Of a DNA stretch of 14,016 nt, positions 1-7,051 are shown one piece after another. This DNA comes from Armatimonadetes bacterium CG06_land_8_20_14_3_00_66_21. GTDB lineage: Bacteria > Armatimonadota > Abditibacteriia > CG2-30-66-41. Both the position numbers and the translations under genes were made by a program. The notes under the pieces are model-generated. The model saw only the letters and a program-made list of their open reading frames with translations, had not been told where the DNA came from and did no database searches. The stretch lies in contig PEVN01000166.1 of the NCBI GenBank assembly GCA_002779825.1, forward strand, positions 1 to 14,016, in the 5' to 3' direction. Within the stretch, counting starts at the first letter, position 1, and each line of letters opens with the position of its first letter.

Positions 1-214
1 GCACGTGGTCGGTCCCCACCGCGAGATGGGCGAGTCACACGTGTTCGAGGACATCATGCAGCTTGTCGACTGGGCGCGCGAAGGGAAGCCCAGCCTCGCC
101 ACAGCCGAGCACGCCCGCCACGTCATTGAGATCTTCGAGGCCGGCTACCGCGCGGCGGAGACCGGCGAGACCCAAACGCTCACGACAACATTCGCGCCGC
201 CCGAGGGCGCCTGA
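1..214 (+). CDS. Gfo/Idh/MocA-family oxidoreductase, C-terminal fragment (5' end lies outside the window; reading frame runs from position 2, stop TGA 212-214)
   Basis: Translation ...HVFEDIMQLVDWAREGKPSLATAEHARHVIEIFEAGYRAAETGETQTL matches the C-terminal alpha/beta domain pattern of Gfo/Idh/MocA oxidoreductases (h-v-ie-i-eA-y-Sa-tG-kt-v-L). The frame is open back to position 2, so the real start is upstream of the window. Confidence 0.55.
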   Translation, partial: HVVGPHREMGESHVFEDIMQLVDWAREGKPSLATAEHARHVIEIFEAGYRAAETGETQTLTTTFAPPEGA

Positions 215-300
215 GGACCCGCGCCCTTACACGACCCGCTACCGGCAGACCAAGTGCGCGGGCGGCAGGAGAGCTGGGCCCGCTGCGGAGGGGCGGCCGG

Positions 301-1155
301 TCACCCCTTCATCCCCGTAACGGCAATCCCCTGGATGAACGTCCGTTGGGTGAAGAAGAACAGGATGATCACCGGGAGCACGATGATGGTGCAGGCGGCC
401 ATGAGCATGTTCCACTCGGTGCCGCCGTGCTGGCTCTGGTAGAACTGGAGACCGAGGGCGAGGGTGAAGTGCTTCTGGTCGGTCAGGTAGATGAGCGGCC
501 CCAGGAAGTCGTTCCAGGCGTAGAGGAAGTGGAACAGGGCGACGACGGCCAGGGCGGGCTTGGCCAACGGCAGGATAATCCGCCAGAAGATACCGAACTC
601 GGAGCAACCGTCGACTCGGGCGGCGTCGGATAGCTCTTCGGGAATGGTGCGGAAAAACTGCCGGAGCAGGAAGATGTTGAAGGCGCTGCCGAAGAACGCG
701 GGCACCCACAGCGGCTTGAACGAGCCGATCCAGCCGAGGTGCTTGAACAGCGCGAATACGGCGACCATGGTCACTGGGAACGGCACCATCATCGTCGCCA
801 GCGTGACTGCGAACAGCAGGTCGCGGCCCTTCCACTTCAAGCGGGCGAAGCCGTACGCGACGAGTGCGTTGGACAGCACCGTGCCCGCCACGCCGAGTAC
901 TGCCAGGTACAGCGTGTTCAGCGTGTACCGCAGGAAGGGAATGTAGCCGACCTGATCGCTCTGGTAGGTGATGGCCTTCCAGTAGTTGCTCAACTGAAAG
1001 GTGGACGGGATCCACTGCGGCGGGACCTTCATCGTCTCCTCGATGGGCTTCAGCGAAGTGGAGACCATCCAGAACAGCGGGAACAGGAACACGATCGACA
1101 AGCCGATCAGGATCGCGTGGATGAGGAACTTGGCCTGGGGGGATTTGGCTTCCAT
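301..1155 (-). CDS. carbohydrate ABC transporter permease, MalG/UgpE-like (CUT1 family)
   Basis: 284-aa polytopic membrane protein with an EAA loop motif (EELSDAARVDGCSEFGIFWRIILPLAKPAL). It is the last gene of the SBP-permease-permease operon. ATG start at 1153-1155. Confidence 0.9.
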   Translation of the reverse strand: MEAKSPQAKFLIHAILIGLSIVFLFPLFWMVSTSLKPIEETMKVPPQWIPSTFQLSNYWKAITYQSDQVGYIPFLRYTLNTLYLAVLGVAGTVLSNALVAYGFARLKWKGRDLLFAVTLATMMVPFPVTMVAVFALFKHLGWIGSFKPLWVPAFFGSAFNIFLLRQFFRTIPEELSDAARVDGCSEFGIFWRIILPLAKPALAVVALFHFLYAWNDFLGPLIYLTDQKHFTLALGLQFYQSQHGGTEWNMLMAACTIIVLPVIILFFFTQRTFIQGIAVTGMKG

Positions 1156-1215
1156 GGGGGCAGGGCAATAGGTCGTATGAGTCCTATGGGTCCTTATGAA
1201 GGGCGCGGTGCCCGC

Positions 1216-2100
1216 TCACCCTCCTTCGTAGTACACCAACCGCTCCGAAAACTTCAGCGCCAGCAGCGTCAGCACCAGGATGATCAGGAACATGATCCAC
1301 GCCATGGCGCTGGCGTAGCCCATGCGCAGGTACGAGAACGCGTTGTCGTACAGGTACATGGCGAAGAAGTAGGTCGAGCGCGCCGGCTGGCCGCGCGGCG
1401 ACATGACATAGGGCACGGCGAAGAACTGAAACACGCCGATCAACCCCATGATGGTGTTGAACAGAATCACCGGCGAGACCATGGGGAGGGTAACGTGACG
1501 AACCTTCTGCCCCCAGTTGGCACCATCCAACTCGGCGGCTTCGTAGAGCTGCTGCGGGGCGCTTTGCAGACCGGCAAGGTAGATGACCACGGCGTGACCG
1601 ACGCCCCAGAGCGTGAGGAGAACCAGCGCCGGCTTCGCCCAGAACGGATCGCTCAGCCAGCCAGGTCCCTTGATCCCGATCAGGCCGAGAACGTGGTTGA
1701 GCACTCCGTGCTCGCCGTTGAAGATCCACAACCACAGGATCGCCAACGCCACCATCGGCACCAGCGAGGGGACGAAGAAGATGGTCCGGTAGACGGTCAT
1801 CCCGCGCACGCCCGTATTGAGCAAGATCGCCAATCCGAGCGACACCACCACGCCCAACGGGAGAGCAAACGCGGCGTAGCCGAGCGTGTTCCCAAGCGCC
1901 TTCCAGAACACTTCATCAGTGAACAGGTCGGCGTAGTTGCCCAGCCCGATGAACTGCGGCTTCATCAGGACCGAATACTCGCACAGGCTGAAGTAGAACG
2001 AGGCGATGATGGGGTAGAGCAGGAACACGCTCAGCCCGACGAACCAGGGGGAGACGAAGCCGAGACCGTTGCGGAGGGTGCGTTTCTCTTGCCTAGTCAT
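1216..2100 (-). CDS. carbohydrate ABC transporter permease, MalF/UgpA-like (CUT1 family)
   Basis: 294-aa membrane protein with an EAA motif (QLYEAAELDGANWGQKVRHVTLPMVSPVI). Its ATG at 2098-2100 lies 3 nt from the SBP stop codon (2104-2106), so the two are tightly coupled. Confidence 0.9.
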   Translation of the reverse strand: MTRQEKRTLRNGLGFVSPWFVGLSVFLLYPIIASFYFSLCEYSVLMKPQFIGLGNYADLFTDEVFWKALGNTLGYAAFALPLGVVVSLGLAILLNTGVRGMTVYRTIFFVPSLVPMVALAILWLWIFNGEHGVLNHVLGLIGIKGPGWLSDPFWAKPALVLLTLWGVGHAVVIYLAGLQSAPQQLYEAAELDGANWGQKVRHVTLPMVSPVILFNTIMGLIGVFQFFAVPYVMSPRGQPARSTYFFAMYLYDNAFSYLRMGYASAMAWIMFLIILVLTLLALKFSERLVYYEGG

Positions 2101-2103
2101 GGC

Positions 2104-3435
2104 TCAGTGCTCCAGCCGCGCTTCGCGGCGGAGACCGCGGTCGAGCTTCTTCTGCATCCGCTGTTGGACGATGTCCAGGGCTTCCTTGGGCGCCCTCTTC
2201 TGCAGCCAGAGGTGATCGAACGCGTTGTTCATCTCGTCGGCGTATTCGTTCCACATGCCGAGCTTGGGGGTGCTGAAGGCGTTCTTGCTCTTCGCCAGGT
2301 CGATGAAGACCTCGATGTATGGGTTTGGGTGCTTTCTCAGAAACTCCGCGCTTACCTTCCGGAGCGGCGTGAACTTGCGCTGCCCCATGTTGAGCAGCTC
2401 GCTCCCGCCCTGGGAGTTCACAAACCGAATGAACTCGAACGCTTCGTCGGGATGCTTGGCACCCGTCGGGATGACCAGCACATCGGCTTCGGCGTCGGTC
2501 ACGTTGGCCAGGTCGGGCCGACCGGCTGGGTGCGGGAAGGGCGCGGCGCCCCACTCGAGCTTAGGCGCGTACTTGCTGATGAAGTTGTGCATCCAGACGC
2601 CCTGAATCTCCATCGCGACTGTTTCGGACAGGAACGCGTTCTGCGGCGAGGAGAAGTTGCCGAAGCCGCTCTGGAATGTCTGCAGCGCCGTGGCTCCGTA
2701 CTTCTTGGAGTAGGACTGCACCCACTCGAATGCCCGGATATTCTCCGGGGAGTTGGCTGTGATCTTCGACTTGCCGTCCCACATACGGCCGCCAAAGAAG
2801 TACCCCCACGCCCAGTTCCACCAGCCAGGCTCGGAGGGCATGAAGCCCATCCGGACGATTTTGCCGTCCTTGTCCCGCGTGGTCAGCTTCTCGGCGAAGG
2901 CATCCAGTTCCTCGATGGTCCGGGGCGGGCGGTTTGGGTCCAGACCGGCTTCGCGGAACAGGCGCTTGTTCCAGTGCAGGGCGATGGTCGCCGGAGTCGT
3001 GAGCAGTGCCCACGTTTTCCCGCGGTGCCTGCACAGATCCCAGAACACCGGTAGGAAGTCCTGCTCACCGATTCCTTCTCGCTTCAGGTAGGGGTCGAGG
3101 CAGAGCACTGCGTTCTTGTCCGCGTAGACGTTGACGTTGGAGGACCACAGCCCTGCCACGTCGGGCGGGATCCCACCCGCGGTCGCCATCAGCATCTTCC
3201 GGTCGACCTGGCTAACAGTGAGCAGGTTTACGTGAATGCGGCTCTGCGACTCGTTGAAGGCATTCACAGTCGCCCGCATCGCGTCGCCCTCGAAGCCGGT
3301 CCACTTCTCCCAGTAGTCGATGGTAATCGGGCCGCCGGAGCGGCCGTCGTGGCGGCAGCCGGTAGTGGTGGCGACTACAAGGATTGCAGCGATCATCAAC
3401 GACGGGAGTGCAGTTGCGCGAGAGGGCTTCAGCAT
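2104..3435 (-). CDS. ABC transporter substrate-binding lipoprotein (extracellular solute-binding protein family 1, sugar/oligosaccharide type)
   Basis: 443 aa. N-terminal signal peptide followed by a Cys (…AILVVATTTGCRHDG), consistent with a lipobox. Size and Trp/Tyr/Asn-rich composition are typical of CUT1 solute-binding proteins. It sits directly upstream of the two permeases. Confidence 0.88.
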   Translation of the reverse strand: MLKPSRATALPSLMIAAILVVATTTGCRHDGRSGGPITIDYWEKWTGFEGDAMRATVNAFNESQSRIHVNLLTVSQVDRKMLMATAGGIPPDVAGLWSSNVNVYADKNAVLCLDPYLKREGIGEQDFLPVFWDLCRHRGKTWALLTTPATIALHWNKRLFREAGLDPNRPPRTIEELDAFAEKLTTRDKDGKIVRMGFMPSEPGWWNWAWGYFFGGRMWDGKSKITANSPENIRAFEWVQSYSKKYGATALQTFQSGFGNFSSPQNAFLSETVAMEIQGVWMHNFISKYAPKLEWGAAPFPHPAGRPDLANVTDAEADVLVIPTGAKHPDEAFEFIRFVNSQGGSELLNMGQRKFTPLRKVSAEFLRKHPNPYIEVFIDLAKSKNAFSTPKLGMWNEYADEMNNAFDHLWLQKRAPKEALDIVQQRMQKKLDRGLRREARLEH

Positions 3436-3476
3436 GGTGGAGCAGCAATGGAGGAGTTGCCGGAGGAGTACGCGGT

Positions 3477-4937
3477 TCAGGGGCTGCCATCCTTCTGTGG
3501 GTCTGAATCAGCCGTGTTCGGCCCTCTACTCGCGTCGAGCGCTTCGACCAACCCACGCGCTTTGTCCAGCGTCTCCTGGTACTCCGCTTCAGGGACTGAG
3601 TCGGCCACGATGCCTCCCCCGGCGTGGAAGTAGGCAACGCCGTCCTTCACAACCATGGTCCGGATGACGATGTTCAGGTCCAGGCTGCCGTCGAAGCCCA
3701 GGTAGCCGAGGGCGCCGGTGTAGACACCGCGTTTCGTCGGCTCCAGTTCGTCGATGATCTCCATCGCGCGGATCTTGGGCGCGCCGGTGATGGAGCCACC
3801 GGGAAATGTAGCCCGGAGCAGATCGACCTGGTCGCAGTCTTCGCGAAGCGTTGCCTCGATGGTGGACGTTAGATGATGCACGGTGGGGAATGTCTCCAGG
3901 GCCGCGTGCTCCGTGACGGCTACAGAGCCGGTCTCGGCCACGCGCCCCAAGTCGTTGCGCTCCAAGTCCACGATCATGAGGTGCTCGGCATGGTCCTTCT
4001 CACTGGCGAGGAGTTCCTGAGCGTTCCGCCTGTCTGAGTCGGCGTCGGCGCCCCGCGGGCGAGTACCCTTGATGGGGCGCGTGTGCATTCGGCGGGAGTT
4101 CGGGTCGAGCCACAGGAAGCGTTCCGGCGAGGCGCTGAGGAGCTGGAACGGTCCGTAGTCGAGGTAGGCAGCGAACGGGGCCGGGTTGCCGGATCGCAGT
4201 CGTCGGTACAGGTCCCACGAAGGCACCGGCATCGCCGCGGCAAACCGCTGCGACAGGTTCACCTGGTAGATATCCCCGGCGAGGATGTAGTCCTGTGCGC
4301 GCCGGACGGCGTCGACATACGCCTGGTGGGTGAAGTTGCTGGTGAGGGGAGGAGCGTGGTGGGCGTCGCGCGAGGCGAGGGGCGGGACGGGGGGCAGCGG
4401 GCTGGGGGGGGGGTCGGTCAAGAGGCGCGTGGCGAGTTCCTCCGCGAGGCGGGCTTCGACTCCCTGGCCGGTGTCCGTCCAACCGACCCAACTCCGGCCC
4501 GACTCGTGGTCGAACGTCACGACCACCGGGCAGAAGTGGACGAACATGTCGGGTAGCCCCAGGTCGTCCACAACCGTCCGGGGCAGCTCCTCGACGAAGT
4601 GGCAGAGATCGTACCCGAGATAACCGACGGCGGCCCCGCACAGCGGCGCACCAGGGCCCGGCGCCGGCGTGCTGAACTCACCCAGCAAGTCTCGCAGAAC
4701 CGAGAAGGGGTCACCGACGAACTGCTGCCGCAGGCCGCCGCGTGAGACGGTCACTTGCCGGCCGTGGCACCGGACCGAGGTGCCCGAAGAGAAGAGCAGG
4801 AGGGAGCGCTCTGCGTGCCGGCCCAACCGCATGCCGCTGTCGAGAAAGGCGTCTCCCGGTCCTCGCCTGAGAAGGTCAAAGGCCGCATGCGCAGCAATCG
4901 GGGTGGAAAGTTCGGTGAGCTGGGTGGACCAAGCTGC
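3477..4937 (-). CDS. pabB: aminodeoxychorismate synthase component I (PabB-type chorismate-binding enzyme). The 5' boundary is uncertain: probably the TTG at 4935-4937 or the ATG ~105 nt further in. The tracked ORF reaching 5351 is over-extended.
   Basis: The C-terminal 300 aa align closely with E. coli PabB as I remember it: SPERF, TRPIKGTRPRG, DRRNAQELLASEKDHAEHLMIVDLERNDLGRV, FPGGSITGAPKIRAMEIIDELEP, GGGIVADSVPEAEYQET. The Lys in PIKGT is typical of ADC synthase, where TrpE has PIAGT. The first ~138 codons of the tracked ORF are R/P/S-rich, overlap the upstream gene by 350 nt in another frame, and have no homology. The homologous N-terminus begins near …LAAWSTQLTELSTPIAAHAAFDLLRRGPGDAFLDSG, which parallels E. 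coli MKTLSPAV…AMLLHSG. Confidence 0.75.
   Translation of the reverse strand, partial: AAWSTQLTELSTPIAAHAAFDLLRRGPGDAFLDSGMRLGRHAERSLLLFSSGTSVRCHGRQVTVSRGGLRQQFVGDPFSVLRDLLGEFSTPAPGPGAPLCGAAVGYLGYDLCHFVEELPRTVVDDLGLPDMFVHFCPVVVTFDHESGRSWVGWTDTGQGVEARLAEELATRLLTDPPPSPLPPVPPLASRDAHHAPPLTSNFTHQAYVDAVRRAQDYILAGDIYQVNLSQRFAAAMPVPSWDLYRRLRSGNPAPFAAYLDYGPFQLLSASPERFLWLDPNSRRMHTRPIKGTRPRGADADSDRRNAQELLASEKDHAEHLMIVDLERNDLGRVAETGSVAVTEHAALETFPTVHHLTSTIEATLREDCDQVDLLRATFPGGSITGAPKIRAMEIIDELEPTKRGVYTGALGYLGFDGSLDLNIVIRTMVVKDGVAYFHAGGGIVADSVPEAEYQETLDKARGLVEALDASRGPNTADSDPQKDGSP
4404..4413. repeat. G10 homopolymer run inside the pabB coding sequence (C10 on the coding strand, encoding DPPPS)
   Basis: Read directly from the sequence: gctgggggggggg tcgg. 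It lies within a Pro-rich linker insertion (TDPPPSPLPPVPPLASRD). Confidence 0.9.
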
Positions 4938-5001
4938 CAAGGTGTTCGCCGTTGACCAATCGCTGCCGGGCGACGACTGTCGTCCCCGCGCCCGTTGCGG
5001 G

Positions 5002-6813
5002 CTACTTGCAGATTCGCTCCATCTCTCGGTAGGCGCCTCGCTCTGCGCGGACGACCTCCTCCAGGGCGCTTGCGGAGGCGTCGCACTCCTGCTTGAATGC
5101 CTCGCCCGAGGAACTCTCCGCGCGGGCCGAGACCGACGTGGCTCGAGGCGCGCCGAGGGACACCAAGCGAAGCTTCTCGACGGCTTGGTCGAAGTTGGCG
5201 GCTGCCGCCAACGCTGGACCGCGCTCCTGATTGGGGAGTTCGCTGCCCGCGGTGCGCAGGAACGCGGCGGCCGCCTTTCGAGCCGCAATGAGGCGAGGCA
5301 GGGCGGAAACGGCCCAGCGGACCAATTGGTCGCGGTCGCCCTTGTCGACACCCGAGTAGTCCCGCGGTGTGCGGAGATCGTCCGTCAACTCTCCGTAGGC
5401 GCGGAACCCGGCCGCAAAGGAACCGGACCGCGTGTCTTGCATGATCCGCGTGCCGGCGAGGATCGCGCGTTCGGCCGTCTGCGCCGGACTCTGAGGGGTG
5501 CCGCTCTTTCGGAACGCGTACCAGGAGTAGCGAGCGCCACGACCGCTCATGGGGTCAAGGGAAGGGCAGGACGCGGTCGACCAGCTCTTCGCGAGTTGCT
5601 CCCAGGAGATGGAGCGGGTGACGCCTTGGGCGTCAACCAGAGCCACCGTCTTCGCCGCCTCGTCGTAGCCGGCAACTGTAACCCAACTGGGTGGCGGGAG
5701 CACCAGTGGCACAAAGGTGGGTTGCTTCTCCTCCAGGGCTTTGCGCAGAGACTCGAAACCCTCCTGGAAGTTCGTGGCTTGCTGCTGCGTAGCCTTGAGT
5801 CCAAGCGCGCGGCAGATGGCCTCGAGGGGGTTCTGCGGCAGATAGTCGGCGCCGCCCAGGCGGTCATTCCTGTCGTAGTAGAACTGAAAGGCCAGCCCGG
5901 AGATGCCCATCAGATGGCTGGCCGAAGCCTGCACACCAAGCGACCGGAGGCAGTCTTCGACGCTCCGAACGAACGGAGGAGGCGTGAAGTGCTCCCGGGC
6001 TCCTCCCGGCGCGCGCCGGATGTCGACGAGAACCTGGCGGGGTTCGGCCTTCTCCTCAGCCGCCTTCGTTCGGTCAGTGTAGTAGTAGATCCACCCGACG
6101 GCCTTCTTCGCTTCCTCAGCCCATTTGGTGTTGGGGTACTTGTCGATGACCTTCTGGTATTCCTCGATTGCCCGGGAGGCGTCGCGCCGAACATTCTCCT
6201 GAGCCCGAGCGAGGTAGAACTGAGCTTCGGCACAGTGCGGCAGGTCCGCAGCGTAGTCCCGAAGGACCGCGGTGAAATGCTCGGCACCCTCCCACTTGCC
6301 CTCCTCGTAGTCGATCTTCCCCAGTGCCAGCCGCACTTCGGCCGATAGTGCCGGATCTCCGCCGTAGTCCGCCAGGGCCCGGTTGTACGCGGCCACTGCT
6401 TCCTCGTAGCGGTGCAGTTTCCGGTAGGACAGCTCGCCGATGCGCAACTGCGCCGCCGGGGCGAGTTTGCTGTTGGGGAACTGGGAGACGAGGCGCTGGT
6501 AGGCGCGCACTCCCTCGGCGGGTTTGTCGAGGTGATTGGCGAGGACCTCCGCCTGTCGCTCGAGGGCGCGGTCTGCCCATTCACTGTCGGGATGGTCGTC
6601 ACTCAGCAGCCGGTAATAGCGGAGCGCCTCCTGGTATTGCTTGCGGGCGTAGTGCTGTTCCGCCTTCTCAAAGATGTCCTTGTCCGACGCGCCGCAGCCG
6701 ACCAGTGCCACCACTGCCAGGAGCGCAAGGGCAGTACGCGCGGCTCGAGGAAAGGGACGCCTCCAGCGGGATGCCGTCGATGAGTTGGGTGGGTGGCTTG
6801 ACATCTGAAACAC
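5002..6813 (-). CDS. outer-membrane-type lipoprotein: N-terminal TPR repeats (BamD/YbgF-like) fused to a C-terminal ~330-aa domain resembling BtrH_N/DUF4872 (papain-like fold). The tracked start is GTG at 6811-6813; an in-frame ATG lies at 6802-6804.
   Basis: Signal peptide with lipobox (…ALLAVVALVGCGASDKD). After it come several TPR-like helices (YARKQYQEALRYYRLL…, YRKLHRYEEAVAAYNRAL…, AEAQFYLARAQ…, EEYQKVIDKYPNTKWAEEAK). The C-terminal half carries DCLRSLGVQASASHLMGISGLAFQFYYD and later SWVTVAGYDEAAKTVALVDAQG. These resemble the BtrH_N consensus (C..aL…G…sE…GLgsGLgFfY … HavvvvGYDe) as recalled from memory. Confidence 0.7.
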   Translation of the reverse strand: MFQMSSHPPNSSTASRWRRPFPRAARTALALLAVVALVGCGASDKDIFEKAEQHYARKQYQEALRYYRLLSDDHPDSEWADRALERQAEVLANHLDKPAEGVRAYQRLVSQFPNSKLAPAAQLRIGELSYRKLHRYEEAVAAYNRALADYGGDPALSAEVRLALGKIDYEEGKWEGAEHFTAVLRDYAADLPHCAEAQFYLARAQENVRRDASRAIEEYQKVIDKYPNTKWAEEAKKAVGWIYYYTDRTKAAEEKAEPRQVLVDIRRAPGGAREHFTPPPFVRSVEDCLRSLGVQASASHLMGISGLAFQFYYDRNDRLGGADYLPQNPLEAICRALGLKATQQQATNFQEGFESLRKALEEKQPTFVPLVLPPPSWVTVAGYDEAAKTVALVDAQGVTRSISWEQLAKSWSTASCPSLDPMSGRGARYSWYAFRKSGTPQSPAQTAERAILAGTRIMQDTRSGSFAAGFRAYGELTDDLRTPRDYSGVDKGDRDQLVRWAVSALPRLIAARKAAAAFLRTAGSELPNQERGPALAAAANFDQAVEKLRLVSLGAPRATSVSARAESSSGEAFKQECDASASALEEVVRAERGAYREMERICK

Positions 6814-6884
6814 ACCAGCTTGCCCGGCCAGTCGCGATAGCCGACGAACAGCTCTCGCCGGACCCTCGCACGCCGTAACCTCCG

Positions 6885-6914
6885 AGTATAGCGCTCCCCT
6901 TCACAGGCTGTCAA
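6885..6914 (-). promoter_or_regulatory. sigma70-type promoter on the minus strand: TTGACA-N18-TATACT, driving the TPR-lipoprotein/pabB/ABC cluster
   Basis: The minus strand reads cgttcgTTGACAgcctgtgaaggggagcgcTATACTcgg. TTGACA is the reverse complement of 6909-6914 and TATACT of 6885-6890. The pair lies 65-75 nt upstream of the start at 6804/6813. Confidence 0.45.
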
Positions 6915-6968
6915 CGAACGCACCGGCGCTTTGCCGCGAGCCGGGCAGGGGAAGGGCCTGGTTGCCGA

Positions 6969-6997
6969 TTGACACCGAAACCTCTCGGCGTTAGAAT
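6969..6997 (+). promoter_or_regulatory. sigma70-type promoter on the plus strand: TTGACA-N17-TAGAAT, driving the NfeD-like/flotillin operon
   Basis: The plus strand reads gccgaTTGACAccgaaacctctcggcgtTAGAATcgttcc. TTGACA is at 6969-6974 and TAGAAT at 6992-6997, with the optimal 17-nt spacer. The predicted transcription start is near 7004, 48 nt upstream of the first candidate start codon at 7052. Confidence 0.5.
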
Positions 6998-7051
6998 CGT
7001 TCCTCACGTAGCTCGACGGCAAGAGGCAGTGCGCTTCGCAAGCTCCATCGG

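Noticed and set aside
215-300. Possible bidirectional terminator between the convergent oxidoreductase and permease genes
   Set aside because: The only stem is gcgggc/gcccgc around a 14-nt loop, with no following T-tract, which is too weak to call. The same applies to the 12042-12085 gap between the GT-C gene and the membrane protein gene.
63-320. 85-aa R/P/S-rich + ORF overlapping the oxidoreductase 3' end
   Set aside because: Alternative frame of a real CDS. Its arginine- and proline-rich composition is typical of off-frame translation in GC-rich DNA.
739-3054. 771-aa ORF on the + strand spanning the ABC permease and SBP genes
   Set aside because: It is antisense to three well-supported minus-strand genes. 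The translation is R/H/D/G/Q-rich low-complexity sequence with no TM or domain pattern, a typical spurious long ORF in high-GC DNA.
3477-5351. First ~138 codons (4938-5351) of the tracked pabB ORF
   Set aside because: Homology to PabB begins around codon 139. The extension overlaps the 3' 350 nt of the upstream lipoprotein gene in a different frame and is R/P/S-rich junk.
4669-6348. 559-aa ORF on the + strand
   Set aside because: Antisense to the pabB 5' region and the TPR lipoprotein gene. R/G/A/L-rich with no recognisable domain.
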